Assembly (NCBI GenBank): GCA_003660975.1 | Contig: QMVG01000001.1 | Span: 64,001-128,000 of the forward strand | From: Candidatus Micrarchaeota archaeon | Lineage (GTDB): Archaea; B1Sed10-29; B47-G15 | Direction of reading: 5' to 3' | DNA length: 64,000 bases | Part shown: in pieces, positions 8,142 to 16,597 of the stretch | How positions within the stretch are numbered: the stretch's first letter is position 1 | Layout of the letters: each line of letters starts with the position of its first letter | Made by a program: the position numbers and the translations under genes | The notes under the pieces: generated by a model | What the model was told of the DNA's origin: nothing | Databases searched by the model: none | What the model saw: the letters and a program-made list of their open reading frames with translations, nothing else

Positions 8142-8783
8142 ATGGCAAGGAAAATGGCAAGCAAAATAACTGTTAAGGTAAGTGAAAAAACATTCAGAAA
8201 ATTAAGGGCTGGCAGAAATATCTCAGAACAGGTAAGGGCTGCTTTGGAAAGGTTGAAAGAAATAGGGCCTGAAGAGCTTAAAAGAATGACAGAAGGCGCA
8301 GTGGGAAAGGAAAAGATAACTGTGAAGCTTCCTGAAGAAGAGTACGCCATGCTCAAGAGCCTTTCAGAGGAAACTGGAATGACTGTCTCAGCGATAGTCA
8401 GGGCGCTGTTAAATAAAAAAGAAGAAAGCACAGGCAGAAAAGAGGTTAAAGCAAGACATAAAAGAGGCAAAGAGGAGATATACGAGGAGATAATAGAAAA
8501 ACTCAATGAGCTAAAGCAATTAGAGGCTATTGAGAAAAGGAAAAAGGAAGGAAGGCCTGTTTTTGTTATAGAGGAGAAAAAGCAACCAAGCCTTGAAGAT
8601 TACAAGGCAGTTGAGAACAGCTTAAAAAAATGGGAGGAGTCACTGTCTAAAAAGAAAAGGCTGAGCAGGCGAGAAGAGCAAGTGCTTGAAATGCTGAGAG
8701 ACCCTGAAAAAAGAGCTGAGCTGGTAAGGCGCAATATAAAGGCAAGGTTAAGGGGAAGAAGTGGGAAGAAAATTGTTTACTGA
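8142..8783 (+). CDS. tandem ribbon-helix-helix (CopG-like) protein with charged C-terminal region
   Basis: Two KITVK-x-(S/P)E...S..VRA.L units. SD GGTGA before ATG 8142. Confidence 0.65.
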   Translation: MARKMASKITVKVSEKTFRKLRAGRNISEQVRAALERLKEIGPEELKRMTEGAVGKEKITVKLPEEEYAMLKSLSEETGMTVSAIVRALLNKKEESTGRKEVKARHKRGKEEIYEEIIEKLNELKQLEAIEKRKKEGRPVFVIEEKKQPSLEDYKAVENSLKKWEESLSKKKRLSRREEQVLEMLRDPEKRAELVRRNIKARLRGRSGKKIVY

Positions 8784-9518
8784 TTGATATAAGTATGGGA
8801 CCACGATATGCCCGCTTTTTAGGTCTCCGAATACTTTGCTCTTTTTCCCTCCCCAGTACCAATGGAAATAAGCGAGGTAATTGCATAGAAGAGCATCAAG
8901 CAGGTCCTCTTCATTCTTAAGAGACCTGCCAATTGCCTTGCTTTCTTTCAAAAGCTCTTTTGGGACAGTAAAGGGGGGCTCGCTGTCTGCCAAAGAGGCC
9001 AGTGCTTTTTTATACTTATCTAATTCCTTCCACCTATATTCATACGTCCTTCCCTTTCTGGCCTTATATTCAAGAATTTTATCCAAAGAAAACAGCTCAA
9101 CTATGGCAGGATGCGGAAAAACCTCAAAAAGGACTCTTGTTTTGGACCGTGGCTTAGCATATGGGTTTTCTTCAAATCCCTCTCTTTTTAATAACTTAAC
9201 TATTTCCTCTCCCCTAAGCTTGCCCTGGCCGTATTTTTTTAATATCTCTCTGTTCGCAGGATAGCAGCCAGCGTGTTTTGACCTGAAAAGCCTTGTGATA
9301 AGCTTGTCAACAGGTCGCGAGCCATTTGCATTGGGCACTGTGAGTGGAGCATCTATGGCAATCCAACATGCCTTGTTGCTTATTTCTTCCATTACGGTAT
9401 TAACAATCTCCTCATCTGACTTAACAAGAGCTAGCTTAACAACCTCTCCTCCTTTTGATATGCTTATACCTGTATTATTCCTCGGAGACCAAGCTAGGTC
9501 TATGCCCACAAAAAACAT
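8748..9518 (-). CDS. DUF429 family predicted RNase H-like nuclease
   Basis: FVGIDLAW, AIDAPL, FEVFPHPA and EDLLDALLC motifs. Confidence 0.85.
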   Translation of the reverse strand: MFFVGIDLAWSPRNNTGISISKGGEVVKLALVKSDEEIVNTVMEEISNKACWIAIDAPLTVPNANGSRPVDKLITRLFRSKHAGCYPANREILKKYGQGKLRGEEIVKLLKREGFEENPYAKPRSKTRVLFEVFPHPAIVELFSLDKILEYKARKGRTYEYRWKELDKYKKALASLADSEPPFTVPKELLKESKAIGRSLKNEEDLLDALLCNYLAYFHWYWGGKKSKVFGDLKSGHIVVPYLYQSVNNFLPTSSP

Positions 9519-9560
9519 AATAATATATTAACTAAGATAGAATAAAAATAAGCCTGTAAA

Positions 9561-9635
9561 GCCGGCGTAGCTTAGCCTGGTTAGAGCGCTAGACTCATAA
9601 TCTAGAGGTCGCTGGTTCAAATCCGGCCGCCGGCA
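9561..9635 (+). tRNA. tRNA-Met(CAT), probably elongator (Ile2 not excluded)
   Basis: Acceptor GCCGGCG/CGCCGGC, anticodon arm CTAGA-CT-CAT-AA-TCTAG. Lacks the initiator A1-U72 pair and GGG/CCC stem. Confidence 0.9.
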
Positions 9636-9643
9636 TATTATAT

Positions 9644-9691
9644 CTTTCTTGCAAAAGCCACTTTTGCTAGAAAGCTTTTTATATAAAAAGC
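9644..9691. promoter_or_regulatory. hairpin plus perfect 18-bp palindrome over a TATA box upstream of the surface cluster
   Basis: CTTTCT-T-GCAAAAG-CCA-CTTTTGC-T-AGAAAG (9644-9674), then GCTTTTTATATAAAAAGC (9674-9691). Confidence 0.55.
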
Positions 9692-9739
9692 CCATCTAAA
9701 AGAACAGAGGCAATAATTAATTGGGGTAGTGGGGGTGCT

Positions 9740-10687
9740 TTGTTGAAATCCGGAAAAATATTTATTATGCTTCTTCCAATCGTCTTATTATTTATGCTGC
9801 TTTTTTTGCTGCCAACGGTAATCTCTGACACTGCAACAGCCCGTGTAGACGTGGGCAACACTGCCCCAACAATAAGCAACGTTAAGTTAATCGACTGGGG
9901 AACAGCTGATGATAACCAGATAGGAGATAGCATGACAGGGCACGAATACAACTACAGAGTGGCATGCAATTTCACAGTTACTGACATTAATGGTGTTTCT
10001 GACATAAAGGTGCCAGAGGCCAATTTAACAATAACAGGGATATATGCAGCAGACGATGCTGACGTGCACTACTCAAACAACTCGTGCATATACAATTACA
10101 CATCTGGAACAAATGAACTGACTTTCTCCTGTTTGTTTAGAATTCAGTACTATGCTGATAATGGCACGTGGAAGTGCCACGTAGCTGTGCAGGACCAAGG
10201 GGGAAGCAGAGACAATGCAACAGACACTGCAAAGCTTGTAGCTCTTACTTCTGTTGTTGTAAACACAAGCTCACCTCCTTATGACGTGCTTGACTTCGGC
10301 TCCATGGCTGCTAACTCAAATAGCAGCTCTGCCAATTCACTCAAGATAATTAATATAGGAAACACCAATTTAGACATCCAGATTTCAGGCACAAATATGA
10401 CAAATACCACATTGTCTACACATTTCTTCGTTGAAAATATAACATACAACAGAACATATTATGTAGAAACAAAAAAAGGGAGCAAAACAGCAAATCCAAA
10501 CACGGTGCCTAGACGGCTTCAAGAATCCTCATATACCTGGGACATAAACATAAGAGACAGAGATGATGCAGATTCAGACTTTACCGTAGCCAACAAGACG
10601 GCTCAGTTTAGAATAATAATACCTGCTGGCCAGACAGCTGCACTTTACAGGAACACAATAACGGTAAATGGCCAATATGGTGGTTAA
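9740..10687 (+). CDS. secreted beta-rich glycoprotein, paralog A1 (WxL/pilin-like C-terminus)
   Basis: Signal peptide, 4 Cys, many NxS/T sequons, no C-terminal anchor, ends FRIIIPAGQTAALYRNTITVNG. Confidence 0.75.
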   Translation: MLKSGKIFIMLLPIVLLFMLLFLLPTVISDTATARVDVGNTAPTISNVKLIDWGTADDNQIGDSMTGHEYNYRVACNFTVTDINGVSDIKVPEANLTITGIYAADDADVHYSNNSCIYNYTSGTNELTFSCLFRIQYYADNGTWKCHVAVQDQGGSRDNATDTAKLVALTSVVVNTSSPPYDVLDFGSMAANSNSSSANSLKIINIGNTNLDIQISGTNMTNTTLSTHFFVENITYNRTYYVETKKGSKTANPNTVPRRLQESSYTWDINIRDRDDADSDFTVANKTAQFRIIIPAGQTAALYRNTITVNGQYGG

Positions 10688-10728
10688 GAATAAAAAACAT
10701 TAAATACATAGCTTAATATGTGAATACA

Positions 10729-12006
10729 ATGGATAGGTACACCCTCTTTGCTATACTCTTTTCGATAGCTTTGCTTAACAGTGCTTATTCTCTGGCGTCC
10801 AGCGTGAGCCCATCATCAATAATAATAAACAATGCTTTAAAAGGGGGCGAAATGTTTAGAGAGTTAAACGTGGGAAACCCAAACCCCATTAATGTAAATG
10901 TCTCGCTGCAAGTTAGAGGAGACATCCAAAATTTCGTGTTTTTGAATGAAACTGCTTTTGTCTTATCGCCAAGAGAAGTGAGGACAGTAAAGCTCACAAT
11001 AAAGCCATCAAAAGAGACGCCTATTGGATATTACAAAGGAGATGTGCTTGTATCAGTATCTGAAGCAGGTGCTGAAGGCCCTTCAGGCACTGGTTCTAAG
11101 ATAATGGTTGGTGTTGTTTCTCTCATTGAGGTAAACGTAACAGGTGAGGAGAGAAAAGCCATAGAAGTCCTATCAGCCAGAATAGAGAGAACAGAATGGC
11201 CGATTCCAACAACGCTGCGCTACAGGGTTCACAACACAGGAAACGTCTATGTTAAGCCATATCACGTGCTTAATATTTACAAGATAAGCCAGCTGACAGG
11301 AGTAAGAGGCAGGTTGGCAAAAACAATCAGCGCTGAAGGAGAAAGTGTTATGCCTGCAGAGTTCAAAAATATTATTGATATAGTCCCTGTCTCTGACCTG
11401 GAAGCAGACAGATATGATGTTAACCTAAAAATCTACACAGACAAGTTCTCATATGAAAGGGGAGAAAAGGCAGTGTATGATAAAAATATGAGCCTCTATA
11501 TCCTGCCAAAGGGCAGCTTGAGTATGTCTGGTGAAATAAGAGACACGTATTTGGAGTATTCAAAGGTTGGATACCCAGTCAAAGTAACTGCTGAATTTAT
11601 TAACACAGGAGATTACGCTATTTCTGTTCAGTTAATCGTTGACTTATATAAAGATGATATTCTCATGTCAAACCTGAAAAGCGAGGAGATTGATGCAAGC
11701 CCAGGAAAAGCCATAAACATAAGCTTGTATTACACTCCTTTACAGGCAGGAACATATGTACTTAAGATTAGGGCGAAATACTGGGTAAACACAGGCAGGG
11801 AGAGGATAGGAGCCAAAGAAACAGATATAATTGAAAGAAAGATTGAGGTAGAAGGAGAAGCTTTTCCTATTGTGTATGTGTCTATTGCTATAATTGTACT
11901 GCTGACATTGTCCTACTTGCTTGTAAGAAAAAAGACAAGCAAAAAAAGAGGGAAAATTGCGAAAACAAGGAAGAGAGGAAAATATTTAAATAAGAAAAAG
12001 ACATAA
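10729..12006 (+). CDS. membrane-anchored Ig-like protein, paralog B1 (DUF916/DUF3324- or chaperone-like)
   Basis: Signal peptide, SVSP.. start, NTGN/NTGD Ig-type motifs, C-terminal TM and basic tail. Confidence 0.7.
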   Translation: MDRYTLFAILFSIALLNSAYSLASSVSPSSIIINNALKGGEMFRELNVGNPNPINVNVSLQVRGDIQNFVFLNETAFVLSPREVRTVKLTIKPSKETPIGYYKGDVLVSVSEAGAEGPSGTGSKIMVGVVSLIEVNVTGEERKAIEVLSARIERTEWPIPTTLRYRVHNTGNVYVKPYHVLNIYKISQLTGVRGRLAKTISAEGESVMPAEFKNIIDIVPVSDLEADRYDVNLKIYTDKFSYERGEKAVYDKNMSLYILPKGSLSMSGEIRDTYLEYSKVGYPVKVTAEFINTGDYAISVQLIVDLYKDDILMSNLKSEEIDASPGKAINISLYYTPLQAGTYVLKIRAKYWVNTGRERIGAKETDIIERKIEVEGEAFPIVYVSIAIIVLLTLSYLLVRKKTSKKRGKIAKTRKRGKYLNKKKT

Positions 12007-12023
12007 GCAGATTAGGCGAGTTT

Positions 12024-12944
12024 ATGAGAGCAAGAGCTTTTATTATTACCCTGTTTCCTTTGATTCTGATATTGCTGCTTTTCATTCAACCTTTCTTAAG
12101 TGATGTGTTGACAGCCAAGGTCAGCATAGGCAATGCCAAGCCACAAGTCACGAACGTGCATGTTGATGAAGCGCATGCTACTTCTCCTGACAATACAATA
12201 CAGATTGCTGCGCATAATTACAGGAATGAAGTTTGGTGTAATTTCACTGTTACTGATAACAACGGCGTTTCAGACATAAAAACACCAAAGGCTAACCTTA
12301 CAAGGGTGGGAACAAGCCAGTACGCTGCTGATGACAGCGATGTGCACTATTCAAACAATTCGTGCACATATAATTACACGGTCAATGGCAACACGCTTGA
12401 ATTCAGATGTATCTTTTGGGTAAGCTACTGGGCAGATAACGGAACCTGGAGTTGTAATGTCTCTGTGCCAGACAGCCAGACTGTGAACAACTCAGAATAT
12501 GACAGAGCGAATCTCAGCGGAGTCATCGGAATAGAGGTAAATGAATCTGAGATCTCATACGGAACTCTTGCTGTTGGTCAAGACAGCCCAACCTCTGTAT
12601 CAACTACTATTTACAACACAGGAAATGTAATGATAGATGTAAGGGTGAATGGAACGCATATGAATGACACACCTGCCATGACTAACCTGCTTTATGTCGG
12701 AAATCAGACATACAATATCTCAATGTATCCAGGTGCATGGGGTGGCACTGGCTCTGCACAACTGACAAGAAGTCCTGTGACAGTCAGCAACTTCAACCTT
12801 GATGATAGAGAGAGTACTGATGGTGATAGCAACCCCTTCATCATAGTAAACAAGACCTTAGAATGGAAGATTAGAATCCCTTCAGGGCAGGCATCTGGCA
12901 GCTACTCTGGAAGTGTCCAGATAGATGGTGTTTATTCACCATAA
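12024..12944 (+). CDS. secreted beta-rich glycoprotein, paralog A2
   Basis: Clear paralog of 9740-10687 (CNFTVTD.NGVSDIK, ADD.DVHYSNNSC.YNYT, ADNGTW.C.V). Ends WKIRIPSGQASGSYSGSVQIDG. Confidence 0.75.
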   Translation: MRARAFIITLFPLILILLLFIQPFLSDVLTAKVSIGNAKPQVTNVHVDEAHATSPDNTIQIAAHNYRNEVWCNFTVTDNNGVSDIKTPKANLTRVGTSQYAADDSDVHYSNNSCTYNYTVNGNTLEFRCIFWVSYWADNGTWSCNVSVPDSQTVNNSEYDRANLSGVIGIEVNESEISYGTLAVGQDSPTSVSTTIYNTGNVMIDVRVNGTHMNDTPAMTNLLYVGNQTYNISMYPGAWGGTGSAQLTRSPVTVSNFNLDDRESTDGDSNPFIIVNKTLEWKIRIPSGQASGSYSGSVQIDGVYSP

Positions 12945-12980
12945 GTAAGCTTTTTATTAAATAGCTCCTAAAAGATAAGC

Positions 12981-14207
12981 ATGAAGATAAAAGTTATGCT
13001 TATTTCTGTGCTTCTTCTTGCATCTGCTTACGCTATAGGCATAAGCATAAGCCCTGTTGATCACACGATGCGAAATGTGTTAAAGGGCGAGAGAAGTTTT
13101 ATTGAGTATTATATAGGAAACCAAAACCCGTACAATATAACTGTTTCTGTTGAAGTAAGGGGAGAAATTGCAGATTTTTGTTATGCAAACCAAAGCCAGC
13201 TTGTGATAGCTCCAAAAGACATTGGCAAAGTGAAAATTATAATAAACCCGAGCAATGAGACTGCTTCTGGCCTATATAAAGGAGAGGTCTCTGTGGCAAT
13301 TAAAGAGATTGGAAAAGAAAAAAACAAAAGCGCTGGGAGTGGGGCCTCTATAAAGCTCGCAGCCACATCACGCCTTAACATTGAAATAACAGGTGAAGAA
13401 ATTAAAAGAATGGATTTTGCCGCAGGGATTCGCTTAAGCCAAACAGAGTTCCCATTACCTGCCTTGCTGGAATTTACAACAAAAAATACAGGCAATGTGA
13501 GGATCAAGCCATATATAATTTTAGAGGTATATAGCATAGACCCCTTTACCCTAGGTCCAGGGCGCTTGGTGAAAACATACAGTTTTGAAGCCGATATGAT
13601 AATGCCCCAGGAGGGAAAGAGAATAAGCAAAAAAATAGACATAAGCGACTTGCAGGCCAAAAACTATTCTTGCATTTTGAGGATTTATCCAGACATTATG
13701 TCATATAGGACAGGTGAAAAAGCTGCCATGGAGCTGTCGCTGTCTCTCATCATATACCCTAGGGGAACATTCAGCATCATAGGAAAGCTTAGCAATTTAG
13801 AGATAATTGCTTCTGATGTAGGCAACCCAATGAAGATAAGCGCTGATTTTGAAAATCTTGGAAAGCAAATACTGGATGCAAAACTGGTAGCAGAAATATA
13901 TTTCAACGATGTACTAAAAGCAGTTGTTGAAAGCAAAGCCCTTGAATCAAGGCCTGAAGAAAAGATCAAGCTCATTGCTTATTATACTCCTGACAAGGCA
14001 GGATTATTTAAGATAAAAGCATATGCATTGTATGGTATTAAGCAGAGCAATGTTGTTGAAAAAGAGGTTTACGTTGGCGGTAGGGAAAACATTATCTTCT
14101 ACACAGGTATTGTGCTGGCTTTGGCTGTAGTTTTTATATTTCTATATAAATTACTGGTAAAAAAAAGAGAGACAAGTAAAAAGAGCAGAAAGCCTAAAAA
14201 ACATTAA
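12981..14207 (+). CDS. membrane-anchored Ig-like protein, paralog B2
   Basis: Paralog of B1 (N.LKG, GN.NP.N..VS..VRG, ETxxGxYKG.V.V, TGEE, NTGNV..KPY, YYTP..AG). C-terminal TM and basic tail. Confidence 0.7.
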   Translation: MKIKVMLISVLLLASAYAIGISISPVDHTMRNVLKGERSFIEYYIGNQNPYNITVSVEVRGEIADFCYANQSQLVIAPKDIGKVKIIINPSNETASGLYKGEVSVAIKEIGKEKNKSAGSGASIKLAATSRLNIEITGEEIKRMDFAAGIRLSQTEFPLPALLEFTTKNTGNVRIKPYIILEVYSIDPFTLGPGRLVKTYSFEADMIMPQEGKRISKKIDISDLQAKNYSCILRIYPDIMSYRTGEKAAMELSLSLIIYPRGTFSIIGKLSNLEIIASDVGNPMKISADFENLGKQILDAKLVAEIYFNDVLKAVVESKALESRPEEKIKLIAYYTPDKAGLFKIKAYALYGIKQSNVVEKEVYVGGRENIIFYTGIVLALAVVFIFLYKLLVKKRETSKKSRKPKKH

Positions 14208-14223
14208 CTGTTTAAAAAGCACT

Positions 14224-16203
14224 ATGTATGAAAAAATTGTTTTCATATTTCTTTTTATTACAATTGCTTTTAGCACATCTTATGCCTCTGTTTTACCTTC
14301 ATATGTAGATATCTTGGCAAAGCCATATTGTACTATAGTGCAGAACCCTTCTGTGTTATACATTAATGGAAATCCAGGTAATGCCCGTTCAGGGATAATT
14401 ACCTTCTCTTCACATGGCCCGTGCTTAAACCCTTCTGTAATAAATTTAAGCACATCCAGTCCTGGTTGGGGCCCTATAACACTTAACCAGAGCAATCTAA
14501 CAATATCTGCTGGTGAGGAAAAAAATATCTCCTACTCATTTACTGTTCCAGATGTGGGCAATTGGATAGGTTATATCTATGGTAACGAAAGCAGACCTGG
14601 GGGAAACAGGACAAACACAACCATATATGTAACATCTACTGCACCATCGCCACCGTCAGGAGGCGGTGGAGGGGGCGGAGGAGCTGCTGCTCCCTCAAAA
14701 CCAAAGTATGCAGTAAAGATAGTCTCGATAATTCCTTCAACAGTCACTGTAAATTCAGGCGAAGCCTTCCAAACAGTTGTAAGTGTTGAGAACATTGGGA
14801 AGAAAAACTTAAGCTCACTCATTTTTAACATTCAAAACCTTCCATATGGTTGGGAAGGAGATAGCATAAATGTTGGAGACCTTGCTGTTGGTGAAAAAAA
14901 AGACTTTAAGGTTTATATAAGAAGTTATCCCACAGCAAAAGGAAACTATACGCTATTGTTCTATGTTGGTAATGATGAAGCAGAGGATACAGATGAAATG
15001 CACGTTATTGTCAAGGAAAGTAAAGTTCCAAATGTGCAGATAGAAATAAAAACAGACAAGGAAAAATATGTTGCCAATGAAAGTATGAAAATAAACATAA
15101 CGTTCAAAAACATTGCTGCTGTTGCTGTTGAGGATGGCAATATAACAGTAAGCTTTGCTGATGAAGTGATAAGACAACTAAAACACATAACACTGAGACA
15201 GGACGGGCAACTGTTTTTACCCATCACACACAAAGCAGGAGAGAGCGGTAGGAAGGAAATAAAAGCATGCATAGCGGATGAGACGAGCGGTTACAAAAGC
15301 TGTGCATTGAAAAGCATTGAAATTTTGGAAAATCCAATGCCAGTGATTTCCAAGCATGCATTGAAGGAGATAAACGGGACTGTGAGCAAGGTCATTGTAA
15401 CAATAACAATAAGTAATAAATGGAAAGCATTTAGAAATATCTCTGTTGTGGACAACATTCCGAAATCTCTGGCACATTCTGCTGATGAGATTCATTTCAT
15501 AACGACTTACAATAGCATAATAAATCCAGACCCCACTGTCCTGTGGCTTATAGATTCTTTGGAACCTTGGCAAACAGCAGTCATAGGTTATGAAATAAAA
15601 AGACCCACTGAAGAAATATTGGGGATAGAAAGCCTTCCTGCGGTGAATGTCTCTCTTTTTGACCCTGTTGAGGGCAGGAAAGTTTTCACAAATGCCACTG
15701 CGATAATATCTGTAGAGTATACTGGCATAGTCACTGTTTGCTATCCGAACAGGGACTTGCCATTGCTGATAATGAGCGTGATAATCCTACTAATACTATT
15801 GGGCTTGAAGGTTTTCAAGTTCCACACCTATTATGAATTAATAATTCCAATTCCATTATTTGTTTCAATTCTGCTTATTCTTATGAACACCTGTATGTTC
15901 TGGGCTTTCCTAATCGTATTGGTCGCGTCAGTTATATTCTTGGTCTACCAGATAATCCTCAAGTATGTAATGCACAAGGAAAAACCAGACGAAATTATAA
16001 GGAAATACAATGAATACATGGAAGCTGTTGGAAAACTGGAGAGATTAAGGAGAGAATATGAAGAGCAGATTCAAAGCGCGATAGAAGCTGTTAAGAAGGC
16101 CAAACAAAAGCAGATAGATGAAACGAGGATTAAAGCACTGCTGGAAAGTTCTGGCTTTACAAAGGACGAGATAGAAAGAATTTTAAGTGAAGCAAATAAA
16201 TAA
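14224..16203 (+). CDS. large cell-surface protein: signal peptide, Pro/Gly linker, CARDB/Ig-like domains, ~3 TM helices, cytoplasmic helical tail
   Basis: SPPSGGGGGGGG linker, VENIGK and ITFKN motifs, hydrophobic stretch near the C-terminus, IKALLESSGFTKDEIERIL tail. Confidence 0.75.
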   Translation: MYEKIVFIFLFITIAFSTSYASVLPSYVDILAKPYCTIVQNPSVLYINGNPGNARSGIITFSSHGPCLNPSVINLSTSSPGWGPITLNQSNLTISAGEEKNISYSFTVPDVGNWIGYIYGNESRPGGNRTNTTIYVTSTAPSPPSGGGGGGGGAAAPSKPKYAVKIVSIIPSTVTVNSGEAFQTVVSVENIGKKNLSSLIFNIQNLPYGWEGDSINVGDLAVGEKKDFKVYIRSYPTAKGNYTLLFYVGNDEAEDTDEMHVIVKESKVPNVQIEIKTDKEKYVANESMKINITFKNIAAVAVEDGNITVSFADEVIRQLKHITLRQDGQLFLPITHKAGESGRKEIKACIADETSGYKSCALKSIEILENPMPVISKHALKEINGTVSKVIVTITISNKWKAFRNISVVDNIPKSLAHSADEIHFITTYNSIINPDPTVLWLIDSLEPWQTAVIGYEIKRPTEEILGIESLPAVNVSLFDPVEGRKVFTNATAIISVEYTGIVTVCYPNRDLPLLIMSVIILLILLGLKVFKFHTYYELIIPIPLFVSILLILMNTCMFWAFLIVLVASVIFLVYQIILKYVMHKEKPDEIIRKYNEYMEAVGKLERLRREYEEQIQSAIEAVKKAKQKQIDETRIKALLESSGFTKDEIERILSEANK

Positions 16204-16232
16204 AAAGTTAAAAACAGAAAAGAATAGGACAT

Positions 16233-16304
16233 GCCTCAGTAGCACAGCGGTAGTGCGGCCGCCTTGTAAGCGGCAGGTCGAGGGTTCGAATCCCTCCTGA
16301 GGCT
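16233..16304 (+). tRNA. tRNA-Thr(TGT)
   Basis: Acceptor GCCTCAG/CTGAGGC, anticodon arm GCCGC-CT-TGT-AA-GCGGC. Confidence 0.95.
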
Positions 16305-16401
16305 TTTATGGCCGGAGGCCATAACTTTGAGGCTTCAGTTTCGCTTAAGCATTTACCATAGGCAATAACAGAAAAGGCTTAAATCTCTCCTGAGGCTTTT
16401 A
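16304..16401 (+). repeat. hairpin repeat plus 42-bp palindromic unit plus copy of the tRNA-Thr 3' end
   Basis: TTTTATGGCCGGAGGCCATAAC (16304-16325). Unit 16339-16380 is homologous to 3181-3221. AATCTCTCCTGAGGCTTTTA (16382-16401) matches 16289-16308 with 1 mismatch. Confidence 0.88.
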
Positions 16402-16538
16402 ACTATATCTATAAAGCCCCAAACCATAAATGGGCCTTTCAGCAGAGGTTCTGAGCTCTGATTGGACAAAACATGACTACAAAGCCAACAACCAAAAGGC
16501 TTTTAAATTACAATCTTTTTTAATATATGCATAGTATC

Positions 16539-16597
16539 CCCGTGTTTGCCTGGGGCAACCCGGGCAACCACGGGCTGTTTGGTGATTGGTATCAAAC
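16539..16597 (+). promoter_or_regulatory. structured 5' leader of the NYN gene (two hairpins)
   Basis: CCCGTG-T-TTGCC-TGGG-[GCAA]-CCCG-GGCAA-C-CACGGG. Then GTTTGGTG-[ATTGG]-TATCAAAC, which covers the SD and the ATC. Confidence 0.7.

Noticed and set aside
14659-14682. G-rich run as a G-quadruplex or phase-variable tract
   Set aside because: It encodes a poly-Gly linker with mixed GGN codons, which is common in archaeal surface proteins.
16546-16590. TTG start at 16546 for the NYN gene
   Set aside because: It lies inside the leader hairpin with no SD, and the peptide precedes the normal NYN N-terminus.
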